DNA of 64,000 bases from NCBI GenBank assembly GCA_009602735.1, contig WELA01003449.1:118948-182947 (forward strand), written 5' to 3'. The DNA is from Mesotaenium endlicherianum (taxonomy: Eukaryota). This document shows, piece by piece, positions 27,396-39,357 of this stretch (within the stretch, counting starts at the first letter, position 1; each line of letters starts with the position of its first letter). The notes beneath the pieces were generated by a model, which was given only the letters and a program-made list of their open reading frames with translations, was not told where the DNA came from and searched no databases. Both the position numbers and the translations under genes were made by a program.

Positions 27396-30300
27396 TGCCC
27401 GTGCGTGCGTTCCGTGTGTGCGTGCGTGCGTGTCTCCGTGCGCGTGTGCATTGCGTGTGTGTGCGTGCGTGCGTGCGCAGTCTTTGCGAGGATGTCGCAA
27501 CCCTCGCAGCCGGTGCGCTGCTCCAAGAAGGCCATCATCCGCAACAACGACTACACCGCCGACGGAAACTCTGCCAGCCACAAGTCAGCCAGCCACCCAG
27601 CCCATCTCTCCCAGACCTCAAGCTCCAAACGCCGAGCTCTGATTTTGCTCTCAGCCACAAATCAGCCAGCCAGCCCTTGTCTCCCAAGCCCCAGATGCCG
27701 AGCCCTGATTTGCTATCAGCCACAAGTCAGCCAGTGCATCACTCTGAAATGCTCAACCCCAAGCCGTGTGTGCTATCTCCCTTCGACGCGCGCTCCCCGG
27801 GGCTCCCACGCGCTTGCCTCAGCGCGCCACGTCAAGCCTCAGCCTTTGATCATCTTGCTCGTCGTATGGGTGTCGCGGGGTGCGCTGTGTTTTCACTGCA
27901 GCAGCGGTGTGTGAGATACATTTTATGACAAGTCTCGAACAAGTTGCCAGCAGTGTCCTCGGCCTTCTTGCGCCATCCGCGCCCGGGGGTGGTCGCTGCC
28001 TGCACGCGCGCGCGCCCGCTCGCATGTGCCCGGTGGCTAACTCCACTCGAATCCATGATGGCCCGGACTAAACCTTCCGGTCACTAGCCACTCTTCGACC
28101 ACTCGTGTTTTGTCTCTGCTGGACCTCTCGACTGACAGACTTGCCGGCGGTATCACTCTGGCGTTGCAGTCCACAAGTTTGCTCTTCCCCTCAAGCCTGC
28201 GTCTCTTCTTAAGCCTGCGTTTCTTATCAAACCTGCGTCTCTTATTAAGCCTGCGACTCTTATTCTCGGAGCCTTGCTGCGCCTGTGAAGAACAGCATGC
28301 GGGCCTCGAGGTGGTTGTTTGCTCCTCGTCTCTCCTCCACCCCCGCCCTGATTGTTGCTGCCTCAACGGTTTGAATACTCTGACTGCCCCGCCGAACAGG
28401 AATGCAAGAAGTAATATTGTAGCTCTCATACCTCATTGGGCAATACCAGCAGTCAACCCGTCAACCCAATAATCGTCAACCCAATTAGTCAACCCGATTA
28501 GTCAACTTCAATTTTTGAAGTCTCTCGATCCTCTGAACCAAAAGGACGTCAGTGAAGAGACTAACGCTCTGTGCTCATGCTTGCGTATGAACACGCACTC
28601 GCACGCCTCCGCCCGGCCCAGCCCACTCATGGGGCGGCACTCCTCAGCCCCCGGTGTGCGTCCAGCTGTCGCGTCCACCTGTTCCTTCCACCTGCCGTGT
28701 CCGTCTGCCGTGTCCACCTGGAACGTCCTTCTCCTTGCGGAGCGAGCACCGCGGCATGCTGACCCTCGCCCCGTGGCACCTGTCCCGTCTCCCTGTCTGC
28801 GCCACCTGTCGCCTCGTCCTCCTCCTCCTCCACCTCCTTTTCCTCTCTCAGGGTGTTTGCGATGCGGCTGGTGCTGACGGGGCCGCATCCCACAGAGCTG
28901 GTGGACGTGAAGGTCACGCTCACGCTGCGCCTCTTCATGCGGCTCCCTTCCGGGTCCATCTTCTGCTCCACCAACGACCTCCCCCTTGTCAGGCCAGAGG
29001 TTGCCCCCAGCCCCTCTCCTCCCCCTCATCCCCCTCCCCCCTCCCTCTCCTCTCCTCTCGCTTCCCCCTCCTCCCCCTCTCCCTCCCCCTCTGCTTGCGC
29101 CCTCCTTCCTCCCCCTCCTTTCTCCCCCTCATCTCCCGCCGCCCTCTTTCTCCGCGGCTTGGGGTAGCGACTCCCCGCCTGACTCCGCCGTCGATTGTTG
29201 CTATCCAACGGTCTATTTTGTCTCGCGCATAGGCTTTCTGACGTGGAGGGCGTTACTTGAGAGTGAAGAGAAAAGAAGGTATTGTGTGTTGCTTCTTGTC
29301 GCTACACTGGGTCGCCCATGTCGGGTGCTGCTGACAACTGCGGGCGTGACGTGTAAGAGCGTGACGTGCGATTGATTGATGTCGCGCGAGTCTGCTGCAG
29401 CCCGCACGACTGCAGCTGGGAACGGAGAGGAGAGCGCCCATGCCCGCGGAGCGGTGTGCAGGTGCTGCTTAGAATACAGATGCTGCATGGTTGCGGCAAC
29501 TCTCTCATTAAGAGTACCGTCACGCAAAAGAAACTGTGCTACTCCAATGCCCCCCTACAGTAATGCAAAGTCTTCTAGATATGCACTACTTGAGTGGGGA
29601 ACGCCGCCGCTGTTGCGCTGTCGCTCCTGCTGCCGCTGGCGCTGCTGCTGCTGCTGCTGCTGCTGTCACTGCTGCCACCGCTGCTGCCACTGTCGCTGCC
29701 GTCTCTTAGCCCTTCGGTGCCATGCGTGCCCCATGCCTCCTGCCCTCCTGGTGGGAGGATATGGATCCCTGGAGAGGGCCATGCACAAGGGGGGCAGAAC
29801 ACCCCCCCCCCCCCTCGGTGTGCTTGCGAGGGAGGACTCTTGCGTTGTTGTCCAGTGTGCTGCTCGGCACTCTGGATCCCTTTCCTGGGGCAGCTCAGTG
29901 ATGGCGCAACAGGGCATGAGCTGCAGCCACGCTGCGTGCCCGCTATTTCGGCAAGCAGCCGCAGAGGGGCCTCCTCATCTTTTCTGTTCTCCTTCTCGCA
30001 GCTCTATCCATTCCTTGCCCCTCCTGTGGAACTGGACCATTATCGTTGGCACCTGCTCCTGCCAGCTCACCTTCTTTTTGTCTTCCCACCCACCCCCTCC
30101 CCCTGCTTCCTTGATGCCCTGGTCCCGCCCGGCGTGCCAGGTGGCGCACCTCAAGTACGGGCTGACGGTGCGGCACGTCATTGACGAGAAGAGCCCGCTG
30201 TGGGGCCACACGCGCGAGTCGCTGGCGGAGGGCGACGCGTCCTTCTGCGTCACCATCGTGGGCATGGAGCGCTCGTCCATGCAGTCCATCTTCATCCTCC

Positions 30301-32854
30301 AGGTGTGCCACTCCCGGGGGCAGGGGACGGGGGACAGGAGGACAGGGGATGGGGGACGGGGGGCGAGGGACAGGGGAAAGGCTTGTGGGGTCTGAGGGTC
30401 TGAGCGCTTGTCCATGCTATTCATTGTCATCCTCCAGAGGTGTCTTTCTGGGCTGGGGGACAGGGGATGGGGGACAGGGGACAGGGCTCGTGGGCTTGAG
30501 GGTTTGAGCAATGAGCGTCCACGCCGTCCATCTGCATCCTCCAGGTGCCACCAGGCCAGGAGACAGGGGATAAGGGACAGGGCAGGCCAACGTTACATCG
30601 TCCACGTGTCGTCACTCTCAGGGCCAGGGGCCGGCGGGGTTTTGGGCTCAATGCTTTCGGTTGGGGTTTGAATGCTGATGCTCCTAAGAGGGCCTCTCTC
30701 GAGGGGCTCCTAGTGCTCGCGGGGGAGTCTGGCATGGGGTGGTGTTCCCGGCGTTTGCTTCTGCTGCCAGAAGCTGAAAAGTCTCAGATGTCTATCCCTC
30801 GTTTCAACACACTCGTGCTAGTTTGTGGCTCGATGAAGCGACCAATTTATCCCGGTCTCTGTTCTCAACCTGGCAAAAGCTTCCGGGCCTTCTCCCCTTG
30901 CTCAGCTCGCCCCACCTCACGTACACCCTTGAGATGCGGGGACGACGAGGGGATGTTGTGAACCCTCGCCCCCATCTTGCTCCGCCCTTGAGGCTCTGCT
31001 GGTGTGTGTACCTCTGTGCACGACGAGAACAGGGGCTGACCTCGAAAACAGCTCTCGGAGCCCTAACTCTAGCTCTTGCCTTGTACAAAGTGTTACGCGT
31101 ACGCACCACCCCAGAGGGGCCCTTTAGGACCACTTTTCTTGCACACCGCGTCGGGAAAGATGTTGGGGCCGACCCTGAGGCCGCAAGGCTTCGCCCGGAG
31201 TGCACCGGGAGTGCACACTCCCCGAAGATCCTCAATCCTCGGGATTTTTGTTCGATCTCTCTTTCTCCCCCTTATTTCCCAGCCACTCGAGACGAGCCCC
31301 TGAGCCGAGGTGAGCTGTGCTCGACGGGGGCGTGCAGGCTCGTCGTGAGCGAGGCATGGATGCGGCCGGCTGTAGCTCCTGGACCCTAAACCCTAAAAGC
31401 TGAATCTTGAGGCGTCCTTGCGCGGTGCCGGACTAGCTCGTGTGCACGTGGGGCATGTGGTGCTGGCTGTAGTGAGGGTTTTGGGTTTGGGGAAACCCCG
31501 AGTTTAGATCATCCACAGAATCCTAAAGCCCAAAACTGAAGCGCCCCCTCCCCGTGCAGCACTGCTTCGTGCACGGCGGGAAACGTGCAGCCAATTGGGC
31601 GCACGACAGGCACCCATGCAGTTGACTCTCAATCCACTGCAGTACTTCCTCAGGCCCCTTGGCCCACTAACCCTCACCCCAACCCTGAACCGTCTCTGGG
31701 GGCGTCCCCTGCGCGGCGCGGGCGCAGGACTACTTTGTGCACGACGGCGACGTGGAGTGGAACGTCGACTTCCTCGACTTTGTGAGCATCAACGACAAGG
31801 GGCAGCGCGTGCTCGACCACTCCAAGCTCGACCTCATCAAGGTCTTCAAGGTGCGACACTTGGCGGTCTTGGCATGGCGTGGGGGGGGGAGAGGGGTAGA
31901 GGGTTTTGGGCTTGGGTATGATGTCCGGAAGCTTCTTTGGGCATGGCTTCTCCAAGCTGGTCGTGATGGCGGTCTTCGGGTGCATTGGGGGGCAGCCAGC
32001 TGGCAAGCCAGCTGCGCGCGCGAGGGGCCGCGTGCTTGCTCGCCACGTGTGTGGGAGAGAGGGTGTGAGGTTCCTGGGCCTGCATGAGGTCCTCGATTGA
32101 GGGTGAGGCTTAGAAGCCTAGAAGCGTTTTTTTCCTTCTTCTTTTTCTTTTTTTTTCTCGTGGCCTAAGCCCTGAACCTCGAACATGTCACGCTCCCCGA
32201 GGCCCGCCCCATGCCTGCCTGCCTGCCAGCCAGCCTGCTCGCACTTGTTCCCATTCCATGCCCCCCCCCAAAGCCCTCCTAAAGCCCGTCTCTCACTCTC
32301 CAGGTCTTTGGCTTGGAGGAACCTGATTCCTTTCTTCTTTTGGGTTGTAACTTTTGCTTTGAGTGGGCGGTTGGGTGGGTTTCTTATGGGGCGGGGGGGA
32401 ACGAGGGCCACAGACGGGGGGAATTGTGGGGCAGGCTGTGTCGCGCATGAATCACATTGCCGCGCGCGCGCGCAAGGAGCACGAGCACGAGCATGAGCAG
32501 GCGGCCGCGGACGCTACGTCTGCCTCTGCCTCTGCCTCTGCCGGCGGCGCCGCCACCGTCAATGCCAACGACAACAGCAAGAGCACCGGCAAGGCCTCCG
32601 ATAGCAGCGGTGCGGATGGAGATGGTAAGAAGCAAGGCAATGGGGGGGAGGGCGAGGAGAAGAGCAGCTGGGATCGCATCCTGGAGGATGCGGAGGAGGC
32701 CACGGAGAACGCGGCGGGCGCGCTGAGCAAGTGGATGAGCCTGAGCTCCGCCAGCATGCGCAAGCGCTTCACAAGCAACAAGTCGGACTCGCTCACGCAC
32801 GCCGCCGCCACCACCTTGCTCCCGCCGCTGTCGCCCACGACGTCGTTCAAGTGA
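23101..32854 (+). CDS. Inward-rectifier potassium channel family (Kir/KirBac-like) protein, ~729 aa, with non-canonical filter TFGGS
   Basis: Exons 23101-23295, 23989-24666, 25605-25843, 26704-26825, 27481-27583, 28852-28999, 30141-30302, 31728-31850, 32435-32854 join in frame (2190 nt). Kir hallmarks: slide helix/TM1 (SFYVACLKMSFWRFLLGVF), pore helix FLYALSLSTTFGGSP, TM2 ending SGAVFARMSQP, then RCSKKAII, FAMRL, TVRHVIDEKSPLWG, VTIVGMERSSMQSI and W..DFLDFVS..LDHSKLD. An N gap at 24682-24963 could hide an additional exon. Confidence 0.88.
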
Positions 32855-34789
32855 AGTGAGCGACCGCGTGAGCGTGCCGCACGTGCGCGTCCCTCGCCGC
32901 CGCCGCGGCCGCCCGCGTCGTCGAGCGAGCGAAAGAGGGCGTCACGCATTTGCGCAGCGTGTGCTCGTAACCCGTGCGCATAACGCGTGCGTGTAACGTG
33001 TGCGCGTGATGTGAATGTCATGATAGGTCGATTGATCACCGGCTGCTTCGACGGTGCCGTCGGCACCGTCAGCGTCGGCACCGGTCTCTCGCACCAGGAT
33101 GGAATTTCTCGTTGCACGATGGCTTGGCCATGGCGCCATCGGCTTCCTCTCACCTCCTTTGATTCTTTGCGTAGAAGTAGTAAGGATGAAGGATGTTTGC
33201 TACTGGAAGCTTCTGTCGGTCGGAAGGAAGGTTCGAGGAATGTGTACGGCGACGTGGCATGGAGATGAATGAGTGCTCACTGGATTGGGATGCGAGTTGA
33301 TTGTAGTGTCTTGTAGCGTAGTGGGTCAGTGTTTGCCACTTGGCGAGACATTGCAATACGAGTAGTAACTTGTAAAGTTGAGGAAGGGGGAATCTGCAGG
33401 TGGCTGGTCCATGTGTAGAATAATCATGTATTATATAAGTTGATGAGTGCTGTCCAAAGACCTTTCTTCAGTGCCATTCCAGCATCATAACATAACATCT
33501 TTCATATTTCTAATCAGGCGGTAAAGGTGTGTGAGTTTACTGCCCTCCCTTTGTATTTGGAACCCATCATGTTGTGAGCATTGACTTTATTTTAACAAGG
33601 TCAGCAATCTTGGCACGTTGCTATGTCTAAAATCACTATAGATGCTCTATAGCACGAAGCTTACCTAACGTCTTGGCAGTTAGCCGGTCAATTGACTTTC
33701 CACTCTTGTAACAATGCACACATTGATCCTCTTGAGCGTTTGGGCCAAAAAGCGAAATACGACCGCAGTGAACAAAAATAAACGAAATACACATTTGTGT
33801 TCATGAAGTTGAGTCGAAGTGAAGTGTGTCTACATCACATAAGCTACCTGCATACACATTGAAATGAGTAGGCAAGTAAGGGGAATCGATAGATATCATT
33901 ATCTTTTTGGGTGTGCAACACGTAGTTGAGCAACTAGCATGCAGCAAAAAGACACATATAAAGAAAGCAAAGACAAACACCACAAGCTAGTCAAAGAATG
34001 TGATTGTAAATTGTTACTTGCAAATGCATTGTGCATATAGTTACGTACGTTTTCTTGCTACAAAATCGGCACCCTGCCAATCGATTTGACCTTAAGTGAT
34101 CAATTTCATTTCAGAGGACAATCAACCACTTAAAGCCTATCCCTTGCGATAAAAAGTAGTGCCGGCCTACAATTTACATCTTCACATTTTCTGTAGTTAA
34201 CAAACGGGATAAGATCAGAGTTCTAGGGTGTACCACGTATGTACACCTATTTCATAAACCACCGATGTCCAACATATCATGTACATAATTGGTAAGGTGA
34301 TATGGTTCAATTCGGCGTCGATCAAGTGAAGCGCTGTTTCCCAAAAAAGAAGCAATGCGCAAGGTTTGTCCACTTCCTTCCTAATTTACAATTTATGTGA
34401 CAACCTTCTTGATACTTCTTTGAATGTTGTACAAATGATCTTGTGTTTCATACGGCCATCTTGAACTGTGAGGCATGTGACCAAAGTATGGTGCATTGAA
34501 AATCAATGAGTGTTCCAGCGTGCTGCGTCGAATGGGTTGTCAGGTCCAGAAAACTCTAAAAATCCCAAGCTGCTTTCTAGCTCCGGAAATCGGTGGCCAA
34601 AAGTGTGCACCTTCCGGAAAGTCGGAGGTAGTGTTGGCCGATATTGCTGGCTACCTTTCTCCATGCAATGACTTGACACGTGCAATTGAATTTGTGACGG
34701 GTTTAAATACTCCCTTGTTGCTCATTTGGAGGGTTGGGCTTGTATGTAGGAATTGTCAGGGACTGAATTAAGGCACATATCTTCCTTAA

Positions 34790-37341
34790 GTGTGCATTAA
34801 CATGTATTCTAGAAATGTTGAGGAGCGCTCAAGGACATATTTGGGAAAAGGGTTTGAGTCCCATGGCTCCGGATCCTCGCGCTTCGTGCACGACATACGA
34901 AAGGTCTCCGCCTCGTCGTGCCATAGGGGAGTTGCAGGCAAGTGGTTCGGTAGACAATCGAGGGCGAGAGCCACTTATGCAAATTTGGCTAGGGGTGCTG
35001 CTCTACGCAAGGAGAAATTGATAGCAGCTTCAGATGCGGTTGAGGTACGAGCAAATGAGAGAGGTGCAAAGAGAAAATTGCAGATTGGTGCTCCTCGAGT
35101 CGCAAAGAAAGCTGCAGTTGCACAGGGGGGTAAAGAGAATGACAGTCAAATTGAGTCTTTAAGTTCGCCTCTGACTCCTAGGCCATATAAAGAACTTCCT
35201 CTCAACGTTGTTAGCAGTGGAAGGTCTCAATCCAACAATCTGCCGGACGACGTGGACTTGTTGGGTGAGTCTCTGGGTATGAGGGTTGGGGACAAAGTCA
35301 GAGCAAAAGTGGGTTGTATGAGTGGTGTCGTGTCATAGAAGATAGGCGTGTTCAAACAAAACACTGAAGCTTTGCTAGGGAAGAAGCTTCTTCCTCTTGC
35401 AAAAGTGTTGATAGAATATCACGCGAAAGTCTTGCAATCTGTAGAGGGTGTAGTGTGCGAGGCTGTTAGGGTCCAAGGGAAGCGATTGGAGGAGATGTTG
35501 AAGCTTGAAGTAGGGAGGTTGGCTTCGGCAGAGCGGGGCAAGAAGGACACTTCTGAGGTGTGTGCCTATCATGCTCATCACTCCCACTCGCCTTCGTCAT
35601 TAATCACATTACGATGCGTATTTCCTATGGGGTGTCAGTGGTCAATGCCATCTCAGTGTTTGTTTTTCTGGAGGAGGGCGGAGGGCGGAGGGTGGAGGGC
35701 GGGGGGTGGGGGGTGGGTAGGTTGGCACCAAGAGCTGCTGCTGCTTTTCCTTTTGGTCGCCTGCATTTGCCAATGCATTGAGATGCTCCGTGTCTTTTAT
35801 TGAGAAATTGTCGTCTCCCTGTCGTCGTGGCCATAAATTGACAAAGCAACCTGGAGACTACTCTGTCGTGTGCGTGTATTTAATTCCAAATTATGTTGTG
35901 GGTGATGTTTGGGCAGGGGGAGGCTTGCATGAAGGTCGTCAACAAGCACAAGGGGACCTGTCTGACGGGCGGAGCGCTGGACAACACGATCGTACTGCAG
36001 GGGCATGTCACAGAGGTGATGCAAATTTTGCAGGAAAAGGGAATCATACCCCAGAGCCGCAACCTTAGCACGGTGCAATTTGGACCTACAAGCGATGGGC
36101 CGCTGGTGAACTTGATTATGAGCTTGGTAAGTGTATGTACCACTCTCGTGCCCCCTACCTCTCGCTCTTCGTAGCTGGTCACGCTGCTGCGCGTGCACAC
36201 TATTCGTTCTTTTCCAACAACTCACCCTTTGCTTGCGTCGGTCAAGGCGGGCTGGCTGCAGCAGGCCTGCAGCCCGCCTCTTTCTAGCTTCGGTTGTGTT
36301 GGGCAGTCTAATGCAGCGGGCCAGCAAACCGCCCCTTCGCTTGCTTTGGTCGGGATGGACAGGCTGCAGGAGGCCAGCAGCCCGCCCCTTCGCTTGCTTC
36401 GGTTGGGACGGGCTGGCTGGTGCAGCCGCCCACCAATTTATTGCTTGCGTCGTGGAGGGCATTGCTCTCTGGCCGTTTGTTTGTTACTTTCTCGCTCTGT
36501 TGCTATTGCCGTCTTGCTCCTTGTTGTTGCTCCATGGTCTCAAGTTGTCGCTAGCTTGTCCCGATGCTCTCTCTACCCGGCTGTATTTGCGTTTGTGAGC
36601 GCGTCTTTGCATGGCAAATGAGACCCAGGTGGCAGAGCTGTGTCTCGGAGTTCAATCGCAATGTGCGAACGGTCCTGTTGGACGACAGCAAAGCGCTGGC
36701 ATATGTGAAGGCGTGCAGCGAGGCCAGCTCAATCCCTCGCAAACTCTTGGACAGCGTGGCCGAGAGGGCGTTCAAGCTGAACAAGTTACAACCACTAGAA
36801 GGAGTGTCTTCGTAAGCTGCCCATAGAGAAGCGCAAGCGCGAGCGCGGTCCAATGATCGTAGAGGGTCAAGAGTCGGCCAGGATACAATGCAAGGAAGTC
36901 CTGGACAAAGGCGACGTTGTCCTAGAGAAGACAAGGGAGTGGGTGGCAAAGAGGACAAGAAAGAGGAGCATCGAGAAGACAACTGCCAGGGTGAGAACGG
37001 CCAAAATGACCTTCCAGCTGATACTGTAATTGTTTGCGTGTGGGCGGTTGTTTGTTGTCTACGCTATTTCGTTGACGTACGTTGCTTGCTTCATCGACAA
37101 TTGATGTGCTCTGCGTCCGTAATTGCGCAGCACATGGACGAGGTTTGTGAGGAGGGTGACGAATGGGGGGGGTCGAGTGACTACAACAAGTATTGGCAAG
37201 ATCTTCAAGACGATGACAACAAGGGCCGGGGGGACAGGGACGCCGAAGAAGACGAGCGGGAAGAACCTGATGAATCGTGAGTACACCCGGGAGGAGCGGG
37301 GGAAGAACACCGACGACGACGACAACAGGGACGACGCCTGA
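34790..37341 (+). pseudogene. Decayed multi-exon gene of unknown function, copy A (probable CACTA-borne accessory/ORF2-like gene)
   Basis: Coding-like blocks at 34790-35537 (GAKRKLQ..DDVDLL..GVVS*KIG..QGKRLEEMLKLEVGRLAS|gt), exon 35917-36126 (GEACMKVVNKHKGTCLTGGALD..HVTEVMQIL..LVNLI|gt), ~36618-36815 (RWQSCVSEFNRNVRTVL) and an acidic tail near 37130-37340. It has in-frame stops and a mutated acceptor. Each block has a homologous counterpart in copy B. Confidence 0.65.
36225..36430 (-). repeat. Short reverse-complement copy of the GC-rich minisatellite, in an intron of copy A
   Basis: gcttgcgtcggtcaaggcgggctggctgcagcaggcctgcagcccgcc... is the reverse complement of the GCAAGCAGGGGGCAGGCT(A/G)CAGCCAGCCCGCCCC units at 41150-41519 and 48019-48832. 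Confidence 0.75.
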
Positions 37342-38169
37342 AGGTATGTCACCCACTCTTCTCAATACACACCTAGCTGGTGCTACGCTACTTCTTGTCC
37401 TCTCGAGAGGGTGGGGTGTTTTTTAAATTTGGGGGGGGGGGGGGNNNNNNNNNNNNNNNNNNNNNNNNNNNNNNNNNNNNNNNNNNNNNNNNNNNNNNNN
37501 NNNNNNNNNNNNNNNNNNNNNNNNNNNGGGGGGGGGGGAGAGAGATAATTTTTGTCAAGCGGGATTGATACAGTATCTACTTGTCAATCCGAAATATTGA
37601 AGGTTTGACAAGCGTTTATCTTGCTATGTAGTAACAGCGCATTGCTTTGTGCATGATCATGGTGGGAAGGGCAGGCGTGAGGGGGTCACATTTTCAATTT
37701 GCAAATTGTGTAGTTTCACTGAGGGGGTTATGCGACTCTCTCATGCGAGTAGTTTACACCAAGAAGGAGCTTGCAATTCTCCCATGTCCAAAATTGATTT
37801 GCTTTTGTTGAAGGCCAGCCCCTCACGAGTCACTGACATGATGGTGTGAGCTTCGCTGCAAACAAAAGGGTGAAAAAAATGTAAGCAGGGTTGACTCAGC
37901 TGAGCCTGCGCATGCATATTGGCATGAGTGTGTGCAGGTGGTTTCACGGGAGCTGAGAGCCATTGGCAGCAAGACCAAGTGATGGGCTGATTTGCTCAAG
38001 CTAGTGCTCAGTGGTAGTCCTTGTGAAGCCTAGCCTTCGTGTGCGATAATTGAGATGCTAGCACAGGACAGGAGCAAGACATGGACTGTAGGAATGGCGA
38101 TGTAGGTCCCTCCATGCAAAAGTGTACATGCAAAACAATGTAATATTGGCAACTTGTTCATGAATATTA

Positions 38170-38790
38170 CTACATGCAAAATAATGGCATAATGGCAGCT
38201 TGTCCATTAATGAGGCTGCATGCCATCTGCTCCATTGTTGTGTGGAATGGCAAAACTGACATTTTAAGAGTAGGAAATGTGTGCCATATTTTGCAGAAAA
38301 TGGCAAAACTCTGGCCATTGCCATTCTTGCCATATTTGGGCTGTTGTATTTCTATAGTGTACCAAAAAATGCTTATTGTGAAACTGAGAATGGACCTGCC
38401 CATTCAACATGGCAGTTGCCATTGTGTATCAAAAGTGTATTGTCACATGGCACCTCGCCATATTTTGCAAATACAACATATTTTATAATTGGGTCGTATT
38501 CTATGCTGCCCAAAATGGGCGACCTTGCCATTGCCATTTTGGGCGCTTTTATGGGCTGTTGTATCTCTACAATGGTTCTTACACTGTAGAAATGCAACAA
38601 CCCAAAACTGGGCAAAAATGGCAATGGCATAAAGTCGTTTAGAATGGCAAAAAATGTCTCAAGTTTCCATGGCAAAAATGGCACCACCAAATCACGGCAA
38701 GTTTTCCACGTAGTGCCGTGCGCGGTCAACAAGCCGTTTTCCACGCAGCATGGCTCTTTGCACATAATGGAAGCGTATGCCATTTAGAGG
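38170..38790. mobile_element. Back-to-back DNA-transposon ends (CACTA/EnSpm-like TIR CACTGTAGAAAT with ATGGC/GCCAT-rich subterminal repeats)
   Basis: Ends ATTTCTATAGTG|TA (38348-38359), degenerate ATCTCTACAATG (38563-38574) and TA|CACTGTAGAAAT (38582-38593). Positions 38315-38360 are an ~45-bp inverted match to 38581-38628, and many ATGGCA/TGCCAT motifs surround them. Confidence 0.6.
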
Positions 38791-39263
38791 TGAGCACGGT
38801 TGTACTTTGAGCATAGCGTCAAATTCCTTTTTACGAATGTCTTTGTCATCTTAATAACAAACTGATATTACATGCGTCTGTACGCTACCTTGCCTTCTGC
38901 CTCACATTGACGTAGGCTAACTACTGCAAGTGTACTTGTTAACACTGCTAATGGTTTCTCAACTCTTGCTGGCGCGCTCTCCCACCGAAAAGCAATGTAT
39001 CACCTCTGCTGCACTTCACCTGCCCGAACACGTAGATGTTCAAATGAGCGTCGGGGTTGCCGTTGCATGCAGTCACGACATACAACAATGACATATGCCA
39101 ACAGCTCGCACGCTGAATTCCTACGCCGTAATATTTAAGATATCATTAGGTGGGTGATGCAGCAGCTGAACGGATATGCATAGGATTACCAGTCGGACAG
39201 TCGATAGACGATACATCAGCAGGAAGGAGGAGTTGATAATAGAGTGATCGAGTGGGTGAACTT

Positions 39264-39265
<2 letters not shown>

Positions 39266-39357
<92 letters not shown>
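39266..39357. repeat. Poly-C run (~90 nt), length probably unreliable
   Basis: Homopolymer ending in an N. Other gaps (10646-10703, 20968-21026, 24682-24963, 37445-37527) are also flanked by G runs. Confidence 0.8.

Noticed and set aside
26293..27928. Long Cys/Val/His/Thr-rich ORFs (also 1656-2489, 29376-30395, 59356-60431)
   Set aside because: Artefacts of (CA/TG)n, (GCCT)n, (CTG)n and (CT)n tracts and N gaps in introns; only the embedded exons are real.
35917..36126. SUI1/eIF1-like resemblance of TIVLQGHVTEVMQILQEKGI
   Set aside because: The homologous exon in copy B reads KQVQQRHVTELMQIL and lacks the LQG motif, and no N-terminal SUI1 strands are present. Likely chance.
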